Assembly (NCBI GenBank): GCA_963823035.1
Contig: CAWGKG010000021.1
Span: 32,001-96,000 of the forward strand
Direction: 5' to 3'
Length of the DNA: 64,000 bases
Origin: an uncultured Gemmatimonadales bacterium
GTDB taxonomy: Bacteria > Gemmatimonadota > Gemmatimonadetes > Longimicrobiales > Gaopeijiaceae
This document shows, in pieces, positions 12,277 through 25,391 of the stretch. The stretch's first letter is position 1, and the number at the start of each line of letters is the position of its first letter. Position numbers and translations under genes: made by a program. The notes beneath the pieces were generated by a model. It searched no databases and was not told where the DNA came from. It saw only the letters and a program-made list of their open reading frames with translations.

Positions 12277-13055
12277 GCGGAGCCGACGTACGCGTCGAGA
12301 GTGACGGCCCGGTGGTCAGCGTCCTTCTCGACGGACCGGAGCGGCACAACGTGCTCGACCGGGCCGGGTGGGAGGCGCTCGCGCGCGTCGTGGAGGCGCT
12401 CTCCTCGGAGGACGAGCCGCGCTGCGTCGTCCTGAGGGGTGTGGGCGGACGCGCCTTCTCGGCCGGCTCGGACATCCGCGCCTTCGGGGGTCAGCGCGAC
12501 GCCCCCGACGACGTTCGGGCGTACTCGGCCGCGATCGCCGGCGCGTTGGAGGCGATCGCCCGGTGCCGGCACCCGACGCTGGCGATCGTGGAGGGGCTGT
12601 GCGTGGGCGGGGGGCTCGAGATCGCCGCCGCGTGCGACCTGCGCGTGTGCGAGGCGTCGAGCCGCTTCGGCGCGCCCATCGCGCGGCTGGGGCTCACCAT
12701 GTCGTACGAGGAGCTTGCGCCGCTGGTGGGTCTCCTTGGTCCGGGACCCGTGCTCGAGATCCTCCTCACCGGCGAGCTCGTCGACGCGGCGCGGGCCCGC
12801 GAGCTCGGGCTGGTGAATCGCGTCGCCGCGGACGGCCAGGCGTTGGTGGAGGGGTACGCGATGGCGCGCCGCGTCGCCGGGGGCGCGCCGCTCGTGCATC
12901 GCTGGCACAAGCGCTTCGTGCGCCGTCTGCTCGATCCCGCACCGCTCGCCGACGCCGAGCGCGACGAGGCGCACCACGCCTTCGGCACGGCCGACTACCG
13001 CGAGGGCCGCACCGCCTTCCTGCAGAAGCGGGACCCGGAGTTCCGCGGAGAATGA
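12273..13055 (+). CDS. Enoyl-CoA hydratase/isomerase (crotonase) family protein
   Basis: AFSAGSDI, CVGGGLEIAAACDLR, DYREGRTAFLQKRDPEF; ATGA overlap with dctM. Confidence 0.9.
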   Translation: MSGADVRVESDGPVVSVLLDGPERHNVLDRAGWEALARVVEALSSEDEPRCVVLRGVGGRAFSAGSDIRAFGGQRDAPDDVRAYSAAIAGALEAIARCRHPTLAIVEGLCVGGGLEIAAACDLRVCEASSRFGAPIARLGLTMSYEELAPLVGLLGPGPVLEILLTGELVDAARARELGLVNRVAADGQALVEGYAMARRVAGGAPLVHRWHKRFVRRLLDPAPLADAERDEAHHAFGTADYREGRTAFLQKRDPEFRGE

Positions 13056-14257
13056 GCGGGGGGCCGCTCGCCGGGGTGCGCGTGGTCGAGCTCGCCCACG
13101 TCATGGCCGGGCCTCTCTGCGGCCTGCTCCTCGCCGACCTCGGCGCCGACGTGGTCAAGGTCGAGCGGCTGCCGAAGGGGGACGCGACGCGCGGCTTCGT
13201 CCCCCCGTCCCTCGACGGCGAGTCGGCGGCGTTCATGATGCTCAACCGCGGAAAGCGCGGCGTCGCGCTGGACCTGCGCGCGGACGGGGGCCGCGAGGCC
13301 GTGCGCCGCCTCCTGGCCCGGGCGGACGTGGTGATCGAGAACTTCCGCCCAGGCACCATGGAGGCGATGGGGCTCGGCTGGGCCGATCTGTCGGCTCTGC
13401 ACCCCCGACTGGTCTACTGCGCGATCAGCGGCTTCGGCTCCACGGGCCCGCTCGGCGGCCAGGGAGGCTTCGACCTCATCGCGCAGGGGCTCTCCGGCCT
13501 GATGAGCATCACCGGGGAAGCCGTGGGGCGCGCGCCGGTGAAGGTGGGGGCGCCGATCACCGACATCACGGCCGGCATCCTGGGAGCGCTGGGCGTGGTC
13601 TCCGCGCTGCACGAGCGGACGCGCACGGGGCGCGGCAGAAGGGTCGAGACGTCGCTCTTCGAGGCGGGGATCACGCAGACCTTCTGGCAGAGCGCGATCG
13701 CGCTGGCCACCGGGGAATCACCGGGACCGCTCGGCTCCGCCCACCCGCTCGCGGCGCCCTACCAGGCATTCCGTACGGCGGACGGGTGGATCAACATCGG
13801 CGCGTCGAACGAAGGCACGTGGGCACGCCTGGTGTCCGCGCTGGACGTCGAGGATCTCGCGCGCGACGCGCGCTTCCGTACGAACGCGGACCGCATGGTG
13901 AACCTGGAGGCGCTGGTAGACGCGCTCGTACCTCGCTTCGTGATGCGCAACACGGGGGACTGGCTCGCCCTCCTGGACGAAGCGGGCGTCCCCGCCGGCC
14001 CGGTGGCGTCGATCGGGGAGATGCTCACCCACCCCCAGACGCTCGCCCGGGCGATGGTGACGGAGGTCGAGCACGCGCGCCTGGGCTCCATGAAGACGCT
14101 GGGGAGCCCGATCAAGCTGTCGGGTGAGGCACCGGCCGCCCCGGGGCGCGGTGCCCCTGTTCTCGGGCAGCATACACGCGAGGTGCTCGTCGAGGCGGGC
14201 ATGGCGGAGGTGGAGGTGGACCGGCTCGTCGAACGCGGGATTGCAGTGCAGAGCTGA
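13052..14257 (+). CDS. Family III CoA-transferase (CaiB/BaiF)
   Basis: LADLGADVVKVE, NRGKR, ENFRPG, GFDLIAQ (catalytic Asp), APVLGQHT. Confidence 0.92.
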   Translation: MSGGPLAGVRVVELAHVMAGPLCGLLLADLGADVVKVERLPKGDATRGFVPPSLDGESAAFMMLNRGKRGVALDLRADGGREAVRRLLARADVVIENFRPGTMEAMGLGWADLSALHPRLVYCAISGFGSTGPLGGQGGFDLIAQGLSGLMSITGEAVGRAPVKVGAPITDITAGILGALGVVSALHERTRTGRGRRVETSLFEAGITQTFWQSAIALATGESPGPLGSAHPLAAPYQAFRTADGWINIGASNEGTWARLVSALDVEDLARDARFRTNADRMVNLEALVDALVPRFVMRNTGDWLALLDEAGVPAGPVASIGEMLTHPQTLARAMVTEVEHARLGSMKTLGSPIKLSGEAPAAPGRGAPVLGQHTREVLVEAGMAEVEVDRLVERGIAVQS

Positions 14258-14280
14258 GTGGACCGGAAGGGCGGTGGACT

Positions 14281-16896
14281 TCACTCGCCCCTGAGCGCCT
14301 CACTGGCCTCGACCGAGCTCGCCCGCGAGGCCGGCAGCCAGCTCGCCAGCAGCGCGACCGCGAAGAGGAGCAGCGGCACGGCCGTGAACGTCACGGGATC
14401 GAGGGGCCGGACGCCGAAGAGGAAGCTCCGCGCGGCTCGCGCCAGCGCGGCCCCGGCCGCCACACCGACGAGACACCCCGCCCCGGACACCAGAGCGCCG
14501 CGGTACAAGACGAGCCAGGTCACCTGCCCAGCGGTCGCGCCGAGCGCCCGGCGCACACCGAGCTCGCGGGTGCGGCGCGACACCTGGTAGGCCAGCACGC
14601 CGTAGATGCCCAGTGCGGCGAGGATCAGCCCCACCAGCCCGAAGGCTCCCACGAGCTGGGCGGCGAAGCGTTGTGGGAAGACGCTCGTGCCGACGAGATC
14701 ACGGAGGCGCAGGGGCAACTTCACGGCGATGTCCGGGTCCATGTCGTGGACGATCGCGCCGAGCGCGCGAAGGGTCTCCGCCTCGGCACCGGGCGCCCGC
14801 GCATGGAGTGCCATCGTCGGGCGGTAGTGCTGCGGTGCGGCCAGGTACGCGAACGGCGTGGGAGGCTCGGTGACGAAGGCGTAGCGGCCCGCGGCGGTGA
14901 CGCCGACCACCACCGCGTCTCCCACGACGCCGGTCAGCCGGTGGCCGAGGGGACTCGCCCCCGGCCACATGCGGTCGGCGAGCGTCTGGTTGACGATCAC
15001 CGCACGCTCCGCTCCCTCCGCGTCCGCGGGGGTGAAGCCGCGACCGGCGACGATCGGGATGCGCATCGTCTCGAAGTACCCGGGCGTCACGATGTTGTAC
15101 GAGGCGTTCGTCCTCGGCGCCCCCGGCGCGTCCGGACGGCGAACGTCGCCGTTGGAGCGCCCTCCGGAGAGCGGTACGTACTGGGCCCACGCCGCCGCCT
15201 CGACGCCGGGAAGGGCGCGGACCCGTTCCAGCAGCGCCTCCTGGAATGCGCGTCCCCGTTCCGCATCCCCTCCGACGGACACGGTGGCCGCGATCATCCC
15301 CTGGGGGTCGAACCCCACGTCCGCCGAAAGACCGGCCCGGAGGGAGCGCGCGAACAGCATCGCGGTGAGCAGCAACGTCACCGCCAGCGCGACCTGCCCA
15401 CCCACGAACACGTTGCGCAACGCGCCGTCGCCCCCGACCGAGCCGGCCGTGCCGGTCTTGAGGGCCGGGACCAGATCGGGGCGTGACGCCCGCAGCGCGG
15501 GGACCAGGCCGAAGAGCACGCCGGTCGTGCCCGCCACCGCGAGGGCGAAGGCGAGCACCAGGCGGTCCGGCGTGAAGGTGAAGCGGAGGTCGGGGGCCTG
15601 CGGGGGCAGCGGCAAGGCCGAGAGCCAGGCGGCTCCGAGGTACGCCAGCCCCACGCCCGCGAGGCCGCCCACCGCCGACAGCAGGAGGCTCTCGGCCAGG
15701 AGGTGGCGGACGATGCGCGCCCTACCGGCGCCGAGGGCCAGGCGCACCGCCATCTCCCGACGCCGCGCGAGGCCCCGTGCCAGCATGACGCCGGCGACGT
15801 TGGCCGCCGCGATGAGCAGAACCAGGAGGGCCATCCCCAGCAGCATGCCCAGGAAGCCTCTCAGGTAGCCACGGGCCTCCGTCGGGACGGCTCGCAACGG
15901 CTCGAGGCGTGCCGACGTGACGGTCGTCCCCTCCTCGGGCGGGATCCTCCGGGCGATGGCGTCCACCACGCTCGACGCGCTCTCGATCGACATGCCGTCG
16001 CGCAGCCTCCCGAGGGGGGCCACGCGGGTGTCCCACCCCTTCCGGCCCTCACCGCGGAGACCGATGGGGGCCCATACCTCGTCCGCCACGAACGTGGCAC
16101 CGCCGAAGCCGGCGGGCGCCACGCCGACCACGACCACGGAGTGACCATCGAGCCCGACGGTTCGCCCGACGACCGCCGGATCGGCGTCGAAGCGCGACAC
16201 CCACAGCTCGTGGGAGAGGACGATCTCGTCCGCGTCGTCCGCGCTGTAGGCCCTGCCCAGCTCCGGCCGCACGCCCAGCGTCTGGAAGTAGTTCCCCGAG
16301 GTGAGGGCGCCGCCCACCGCAACCGTCGCTTCCGGGAGGCGGAGGGAGAAGGCATCCACCAGGCGGTGGGCGGCGAGCGACGCGACGACGTCGCCGGCCG
16401 CCTCCCGGAAGGCCATGTATCGTTCGTACGGGATGAGCATCCCCTCGATACCGGAGGAGACCATGCCGTTCCGGCTCTCCTCGAGCACCACCATCCGCTC
16501 GATCCCGGGGATCGGAAGCGGGCGCAGCAGCATGCCGTTCGCGGTGCTGAACACCACCGTGGTGGCGCCCACCCCGAGAGCGATGGTCGCCATCGCGACG
16601 AGCGAGGTGCCGGGCTCCCGCACCAGCGATGCGACGCCGAAGCGGAGGTCGTGCCAGAGGGGCTCGAGCAGGGGCACCCGCCGGCCGTCGCGAAGGCGCG
16701 CCCGGTGCCGCTCCACCCCACCGAAGGCAGCCAATGCCCGGCGCCGCGCTTCGGCCGGGTCGAGGCCCTGGGCGAGGTACTTCTCGGTCTCCATGTCGAC
16801 GTGGAAGCGGAGCTCCTCGTCCATCTCGCGGTCCGCGGCCCCGCGGAGGAGGGCGTCGCGCAGCCGCGCCCGCAGCCCGCGTAGCGCCCGCCTCAT
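14281..16896 (-). CDS. ADOP-type duplicated MacB/FtsX ABC permease
   Basis: N-terminal DEELRFHVDME...FGG prefix, two MacB-PCD/FtsX repeats (RRREMAVRLALGA; RTRELGVRRALGA), C-terminal EALRGE. Confidence 0.9.
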   Translation of the reverse strand: MRRALRGLRARLRDALLRGAADREMDEELRFHVDMETEKYLAQGLDPAEARRRALAAFGGVERHRARLRDGRRVPLLEPLWHDLRFGVASLVREPGTSLVAMATIALGVGATTVVFSTANGMLLRPLPIPGIERMVVLEESRNGMVSSGIEGMLIPYERYMAFREAAGDVVASLAAHRLVDAFSLRLPEATVAVGGALTSGNYFQTLGVRPELGRAYSADDADEIVLSHELWVSRFDADPAVVGRTVGLDGHSVVVVGVAPAGFGGATFVADEVWAPIGLRGEGRKGWDTRVAPLGRLRDGMSIESASSVVDAIARRIPPEEGTTVTSARLEPLRAVPTEARGYLRGFLGMLLGMALLVLLIAAANVAGVMLARGLARRREMAVRLALGAGRARIVRHLLAESLLLSAVGGLAGVGLAYLGAAWLSALPLPPQAPDLRFTFTPDRLVLAFALAVAGTTGVLFGLVPALRASRPDLVPALKTGTAGSVGGDGALRNVFVGGQVALAVTLLLTAMLFARSLRAGLSADVGFDPQGMIAATVSVGGDAERGRAFQEALLERVRALPGVEAAAWAQYVPLSGGRSNGDVRRPDAPGAPRTNASYNIVTPGYFETMRIPIVAGRGFTPADAEGAERAVIVNQTLADRMWPGASPLGHRLTGVVGDAVVVGVTAAGRYAFVTEPPTPFAYLAAPQHYRPTMALHARAPGAEAETLRALGAIVHDMDPDIAVKLPLRLRDLVGTSVFPQRFAAQLVGAFGLVGLILAALGIYGVLAYQVSRRTRELGVRRALGATAGQVTWLVLYRGALVSGAGCLVGVAAGAALARAARSFLFGVRPLDPVTFTAVPLLLFAVALLASWLPASRASSVEASEALRGE

Positions 16897-17228
16897 GTGG
16901 CCTCCAGGATCCATTGGACGGCGCCGGTATACCTCTGCCAACTCTCGGCCTCGTCCTCCAGTCCCGACCGACCCTCGTCGGTCAGCGAGTAGTACCGTGC
17001 CCGCCTGTTGTTCTCGGTGGTATCCCACCGGCTCGCGACCCACCCCCGGTACTCGAGACGCTGGAGTGCCGGATACAGCGATCCCTGGTTCACGTCCAGC
17101 AGGCCTCGCGACAGCTCCTGGATGCGCTGGCTGATGCCCCACCCGTGCATCGGCGCCAGGGAGAGCGTCTTCAGGATGAGGAGATCGAGGGTCCCCCTCA
17201 GGACGTCGTTGGATCCTGGCTCGGCCAT
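16893..17228 (-). CDS. PadR family transcriptional regulator (acidobacterial type)
   Basis: LRGTLDLLILK, HGWGI, GSLYPALQRLE, NRRARYYSLT. Confidence 0.93.
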   Translation of the reverse strand: MAEPGSNDVLRGTLDLLILKTLSLAPMHGWGISQRIQELSRGLLDVNQGSLYPALQRLEYRGWVASRWDTTENNRRARYYSLTDEGRSGLEDEAESWQRYTGAVQWILEAT

Positions 17229-17271
17229 GGCACGCTCCCCGCGGCCCGCGGCGTGGGCCGCCGCTCGCCGC

Positions 17272-17325
17272 TCTTGTTGGAATCCGACAGGAACGTATCC
17301 GGGCTCCTGTCGGAATTCAAGAGGA
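17272..17325. promoter_or_regulatory. Two 21-bp imperfect palindromes, putative PadR operators
   Basis: TCTTGTTGGAATCCGACAGGA (17272-17292) and TCCTGTCGGAATTCAAGAGGA (17305-17325), starts 33 bp apart, just upstream of padR. Confidence 0.65.
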
Positions 17326-17490
17326 GCTACGACGGTGGGCCCGGTGAGGGGCGCTCGTTCGCCCGCGACCTGTTAATCTTCTTGAAAGGAGACGTCGAGG
17401 CCCGCCGACGGCCGTCGCTCTCCTCACCTGCCCCCGGGGGCACCCGACTCCAGCCAGGGAGCTCCCGTCGCCACCTCACGGCTCGGAGGT

Positions 17491-17934
17491 ATGGGCATGG
17501 ACAGGAAGGTGCATCTCCCGCGCGTGATCGTCGGCGGCTTGATCGCCGGACTCATCGTGAACCTCGGCGAGCTCGCCGTGAACGTCTGGATCTTCGGGAG
17601 CAGTTGGAAGGAAGTCCTCGAGGGGATGGGGCTGGCGGTGGACACGCCCGCGCTCGTGCTCTGGGGAGCCGGCTCGTTCGTCCTCGGCATCGTCGGCGTC
17701 TGGATCTACGTCGCCAGCAGCGCGCGCTACGGCCCCGGTGCGGGGACGGCTCTGCGCGCCGGGGTGGCCGTCTGGGCGATCGCGTTCGTGGTTCCCACGG
17801 CGGGCTTCCTGGCCATCGGGGCCTTTCCCCGCGGGCTGATCGTGATCGCCGTCCTCAGCGGGCTGGTGGAGGTCTGCCTGGGCGTCTACGTCGGAGCCTG
17901 GCTGTACCGGGAGGGCGATCTGGCGGAAGCCTGA
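17491..17934 (+). CDS. Hypothetical 4-TM membrane protein
   Basis: GGAGG RBS, four hydrophobic helices, 147 aa. Confidence 0.75.
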   Translation: MGMDRKVHLPRVIVGGLIAGLIVNLGELAVNVWIFGSSWKEVLEGMGLAVDTPALVLWGAGSFVLGIVGVWIYVASSARYGPGAGTALRAGVAVWAIAFVVPTAGFLAIGAFPRGLIVIAVLSGLVEVCLGVYVGAWLYREGDLAEA

Positions 17935-17963
17935 CCACGCCGGCGGCCCCGGGGGCGCCCCTT

Positions 17964-18470
17964 CTACCGCGCGGCCTCCATCGCCGGCACGCACAGCGCG
18001 AGGACGTAGTAGCGCAACTCCCCCGGCCCGGGGACGCGCTCGGCGTCGACGGCCAACTCCGCGTCGGTGCCGAGGAGACCGCCGGTGTAGAAGTTGAAGA
18101 GGCAGTCCGAGCCCTCGAGTCGGAAGCGTAGGGACGCCTCCTTGGGGGCGTCACGTGGGTCGGGCGTGCGCGTCCACCCCGCGTCCCGCACCCGTTCGAA
18201 GAAGCGGGGCGCCTCCTGCGCCGCCGTCGCCGTCGTCACGCCCGCCGCGGTGACGCGGCACCCCTCGAGGCGTCGGTGCGTGCGCCAGTCGTCGAGCGTG
18301 TCGGGCTCGGTGCGCGTGGCCATCCCCACGGTGCCGGCGAGGAAGCGCTCGGCCGCGACGCAGTGGCGCTCCACGCCGCCGTCCGCATCCGTGGCCTGGG
18401 CGGCCGCACGGGGCGGTGCGAGCGCCCCGAGCAGCAGGAGCAGGAGGGCCGTCCCGCGACCCTCCCGCAC
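17964..18470 (-). CDS. Hypothetical secreted protein
   Basis: Signal peptide LLLLLLGALAPPRAAA-Q and four Cys; appears fused to the upstream gene in the ORF track only because of a frameshift; start approximate. Confidence 0.6.
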   Translation of the reverse strand: MREGRGTALLLLLLGALAPPRAAAQATDADGGVERHCVAAERFLAGTVGMATRTEPDTLDDWRTHRRLEGCRVTAAGVTTATAAQEAPRFFERVRDAGWTRTPDPRDAPKEASLRFRLEGSDCLFNFYTGGLLGTDAELAVDAERVPGPGELRYYVLALCVPAMEAAR

Positions 18471-18526
18471 CCACCCGGCCGAGGCTTCGCCCCCTTTCCG
18501 CCGCCCGGGGCCGCACACCGGCCGCC

Positions 18527-21092
18527 TCACTGCCGGCTGCTGCCCCCGATCGGGTCGCCGGCCGGCATCTGGAGTGCCTTGGCCGGCACCGTGTTGTCGG
18601 CGCGGGCCTGCCAGCGGCGCACGTCCCCCGCGACGAGCCTTCGCATGCGGCGAGGTCTGCGCCTCCGCCTCGATCCGGCCGGCCAGACGATCCAGACGGT
18701 CGGAGAGCACCGCGCGCACCTCGGCCGGGTTCTCCGCGGAGGTCGCCTCCTGCATCATGCGGTCGACCACCGCGCGCTGGATGACGTGCTGCACCCGCAG
18801 GCGGTACCCGTTCGCCTCGGCCGGCCGACCCCAGGTGGCGTCGATCAGCCGGTCCGTGACCTCCTCGAGGTCGGGGTAGTCGCCCATGCTCCCGAACACG
18901 ACCAGGCGGGCCATCCGCTGCGGCTGCAGGATCTCCCCGACGCTGAAGTCCGCCGCGGCCTCGGCCGCGCCCAACGGGTCGAAGAGCAGCTCGGTGTGTC
19001 CCGGGAACATCTCACCCTCGTCGTTCCGGTCGGCCGGGGGCGGGATCATGTTCACGATGCGCTGCGGGAGCGCCAGGAAGTCCACGGCGAGCGTCGACAG
19101 CACCGCGTCGAGGGCGTGCCGCTGCTCGGCGCCCGGCACGATCGTGAACGGCGTCTGGCCGTCCCCGCGCACGGGGTTGCGGTAGTCCGCGCCGCCCAGG
19201 CTCTCCACGGCCGAGCGGAGCTGGAAGCGGTGGTGCATGTACAGCGGCAGGAGCACGAACTCCAGGCGGGACAGCGGCTCTCCCTCACGGAGCGTCTCGG
19301 GGCCGAAGCGATCGAGCCCGATCTGGCGGATGCGGATCTCCTGCTCGAGCTGATCCACCAGGTTGGCGCCGTTGTCCCACACGCCCGCGAACTGGTGGCC
19401 ACCGCCGTAGAAGACGTTGTCCGTGTGGCCCATGTAGCGGAGGCCCCGGTCGAGCCCCCAGCGCACGATCGAGTCGAGCGCGGCGGTTTCGTCCGTCCCC
19501 TGCGGGAACTCACGGTAGAGGTAGTTCACCGCCAGCTTGTCGTACTCGCCGATGCGGCGCAGGTAGGCGTTCGACAGATCCAGGTTGCCCGCCGCGTCGA
19601 TCTCCACGAGCGGGGCCGGGTAGTCCATCACGCTCTCGCGCCCGTAGGAGCTGGCCATGTAGTTGTGCGGGAAGCCGAGCGTGTGCCCCACCTCGTGCGC
19701 GGCGAGCTGACGGACCCGCGCGAGCGCCATCTCGAGCGCGTCGGAGCCCGGCACGACCTGCGTCAGGTAGCCGAAATCGGGCGCGGCGGAGAGGTCCGCC
19801 GTGCCCCAGCCGTCGTCGAGATAGCCGCCGCCATCGTCGGACGAGATGCCGCCGGTGAAGGGCGCCACCATTCCCTGACCGTGCAGGTAGTCCTGGCGCA
19901 GGCGCAGGCTGCCCAGGTTGACCACGCCGCGGATGATCTCACCGGTGCGCGGGTCGATGATCGAGTTGCCGTACGAGTACCCGCGCGTTCGTCGGTGCGT
20001 CCAGTGGATCATGTTGTAGCGGATGTCCTGCGGGTCGATCGTGTCCGGCAGGACCCTCACCTGGAAGGCGTCGATGAACCCGGCGGCCTCGAACGCCTGG
20101 TTCCACCAACCCGCGCCCTCCACCAGCGCGCTGCGGATCGGCTCGGGCGTGCCCGGGTCGACGTAGTAGACGATCGGCTCGACGGCCTCGGAGCGGGCCG
20201 CGTTCGGGTTCCTCTTCTGAAGCCGGTGACGTGAGACCAGTCGGAGCTGCATGTCCTGGTCGATGGGCTTCGCGTAGTCGAACACGTCCGGCCCGTTCAC
20301 GCCGAGACGCGGATCCGCGAGGCGCGTGTGGTAGCCGGTACCCGGAAGCTTGATGAAGGAGTGGTGCTCGCGGAGCGTGATCGAGGTGCCGTCCGCCGCG
20401 ACGCCCTGCACGAGGCGCCCCGGGGCGTCGCTCGTGAAGGTGAGCACCGCCTCCACCTCCGTGTTTTCCGGGAAGGACTTCGTGGCCGGCATCCAGATCG
20501 CGCTCCGGCCCCGGTCGAGCTTGAAGGTGCCCTGGCCGCTGCGCGCGATCTGCTGGATCACGCCGCGCGCATCGCGCAGGAAGAAGTCCGTGGCGTCCAC
20601 GAGCAGGCGGTCGCCCGTCTGCGCGACGATGTCGAAGCCCCACTGCACGGAGGGCGCGAAGGCGTCGCGCACGGCCTCGACCTCGGTGGCGTTGTCACTC
20701 CTCGCCACGAACTCGTAGTTCGGCTCCATCAGGAGGAGGCGGGGCCCCACCCGCATCGGTCGCAGGACGTGGGTGCCGCGGAGCTGGCCGCGGTCGATGC
20801 CGATGGGGTTGGAGCCGAGCCCGGATCCCATGGAGATCTGGTAGAGGAACTCGGTGCCGACGTCGCCGATCTCCCAGAAGAGGGAGCCGGTGCCCTCCTG
20901 CCAGTAGAGGTCGAAGAGCCCGGAGAGCTTCTGCGCGCCGGCGGTCTTCTGCTCGATCGTGGGGAGTGGGGTGGACTGTGCGCCGGCCGGTGCCGCCAGG
21001 CCGAGCGACGCCCCGAGCGGGAAGGCTGCGGCCGCCGCCGCGCTCATCACACGGCGAAGGGTGCTACGGGTGGCGCGGCGCGGCTTCGGCAT
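18527..21092 (-). CDS. Secreted zinc metalloprotease (metzincin, DUF5117/DUF4953-type); frameshift near 18630
   Basis: HEVGHTLGFPH, Met-turn SVMDYP, signal peptide; alternative frame ends ...QMPAGDPIGGSSRQ* at 18527. Confidence 0.88.
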
Positions 21093-21204
21093 GACACACC
21101 TCCTGCGGGTCTCTGGACGAACGGCGGGTCGCGGCCCGACAAGGTCCTCCGCCCCTCCGGTCGCCGCAAGCGCGCCCCTCGGCCGACGCGTACCGCGCCG
21201 GCCG

Positions 21205-22416
21205 CTACTTCAGGATCGCGTACACCTGCGCGTGGTGGACGTCGAGCTCGTCCCTCCAGTAGCCGATCATGGCGTCGCCCCGGATGTCCAGCGGAACGAA
21301 GCGCTCCGGAAGCGCCACCGTGCCGAGATAGCGGCCGTCCGCCGAGATCACGGAGATCGTGCTCGGCAGGACCGGCCCGACCGGCGGGTCGAGAAGCCAG
21401 AGGTTCCCCTCGTCGTCGACGAAGATCATCGAGTACGCGGCCTTGCGCTCCGGGACCGGCACGTTGTCGAGGCGGTCCATGAGCCGCTTCCGTTGCTGCG
21501 GGTCGGCCACGGCGTCGCGGAAGGCGCTCCGGTAGGCCTCCATGTCGTCGTCGCGTACGGCGAGGTCCATCCCGGCGACGCGCTCGATCCCTGCGAGCTG
21601 GCCGTCGAGCCGATGGAGGGCGACCGAGAAGTCCTCGGAGGTGCCCACCACGAGCGTCGAGTCGCGCAGCGCGAACCACGCCATGTGCGCGAAGGGCGGC
21701 GGGCCGATTCCCCCGTCCGTGGCGTACCACTCCATCCCCGGGAAGACGCCGACCGTGTCCAGGACGGCCCCGGTCCCGAGGTCCACGCGGAGCACCGGAT
21801 CGCGCTCCCTCGCCATCCCCTGTCGCGGTGCCGGTCCGTCGAGCAGCGCCGTGCTCCCCGAGGCGAAGAGGAGGAGCGTGCGGTCGGGCGTGACCGCCAC
21901 GCTCCGCGTGCTGAAGCCCGCGTTCCCGGCATCCACCAGGAAGGAGCGGACGAACGCGCCGTCGTTGGTGAGGATCGAGGCGCCGGGGCGTCCCGGATCC
22001 CAGATCAGCAGGGAGTCGCCGCCCAGCCTCCGGACGGCGCTCGGGCGGCTGAACTCGCCTGGGCCGTCTCCCTGCCCGCCGGTCGACCAGCGGTGTGTTC
22101 CGTCCGCGTCGTAGGCGCGCAGCACGGCCGACTGGCCGTCCAGCACCACGAAGCCGCCGTCGGGGAGGAAGGTCGCCGCCATGATCCACCCGAACTGGTA
22201 CGGCTCGTCAGCCTCGGCGGCGCCGATGTCCGCCAGGGGCTCGTCGGAGAGCGCCCATCCCCCGCCGGAGGCCCAACGCGGCGCGGTGCTCTCCGCAATG
22301 CGCACGCCCGCGCTGTCGGTGACCGTGAAGGCGGGATCGTCCCCGGCGCCGTGCACGCAGGCGGTGGCCGAGACGAGGAGGAGGAGCGAGAGTGCGCGGG
22401 CAGAGCGGGCTCGCAT
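21205..22416 (-). CDS. Secreted 6-bladed beta-propeller-like lipoprotein
   Basis: Lipobox SATAC, VTDSAGVRIAE, GGQGDGPGEF motif, repeated beta-blades. Confidence 0.75.
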   Translation of the reverse strand: MRARSARALSLLLLVSATACVHGAGDDPAFTVTDSAGVRIAESTAPRWASGGGWALSDEPLADIGAAEADEPYQFGWIMAATFLPDGGFVVLDGQSAVLRAYDADGTHRWSTGGQGDGPGEFSRPSAVRRLGGDSLLIWDPGRPGASILTNDGAFVRSFLVDAGNAGFSTRSVAVTPDRTLLLFASGSTALLDGPAPRQGMARERDPVLRVDLGTGAVLDTVGVFPGMEWYATDGGIGPPPFAHMAWFALRDSTLVVGTSEDFSVALHRLDGQLAGIERVAGMDLAVRDDDMEAYRSAFRDAVADPQQRKRLMDRLDNVPVPERKAAYSMIFVDDEGNLWLLDPPVGPVLPSTISVISADGRYLGTVALPERFVPLDIRGDAMIGYWRDELDVHHAQVYAILK

Positions 22417-22606
22417 GGCGGATGCCTCCGTCGTTCGAGGGTGTGGTCGCGCTCGGGGTCTCGCGCGCGAGGGGCCGCCCCGACGCGCCATGATGGCCGC
22501 CGGCGCGCGCGGCGCACAACCCCGCTCGAGGTCCGCTTGCCGGGTCCGCGTCCCCGTCCTACCGTCCTCCTTCCCTGCAACCGTACCGAAGAAGGAGTGG
22601 CGCGCG

Positions 22607-25387
<2,781 letters not shown>

Positions 25388-25391
25388 CCCG

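Noticed and set aside
17964..21092. Apparent 1042-aa metalloprotease with extra C-terminal domain
   Set aside because: A frameshift near 18630 creates it. The family-typical PxGxPIG end and stop are at 18527, and the downstream part has its own signal peptide.
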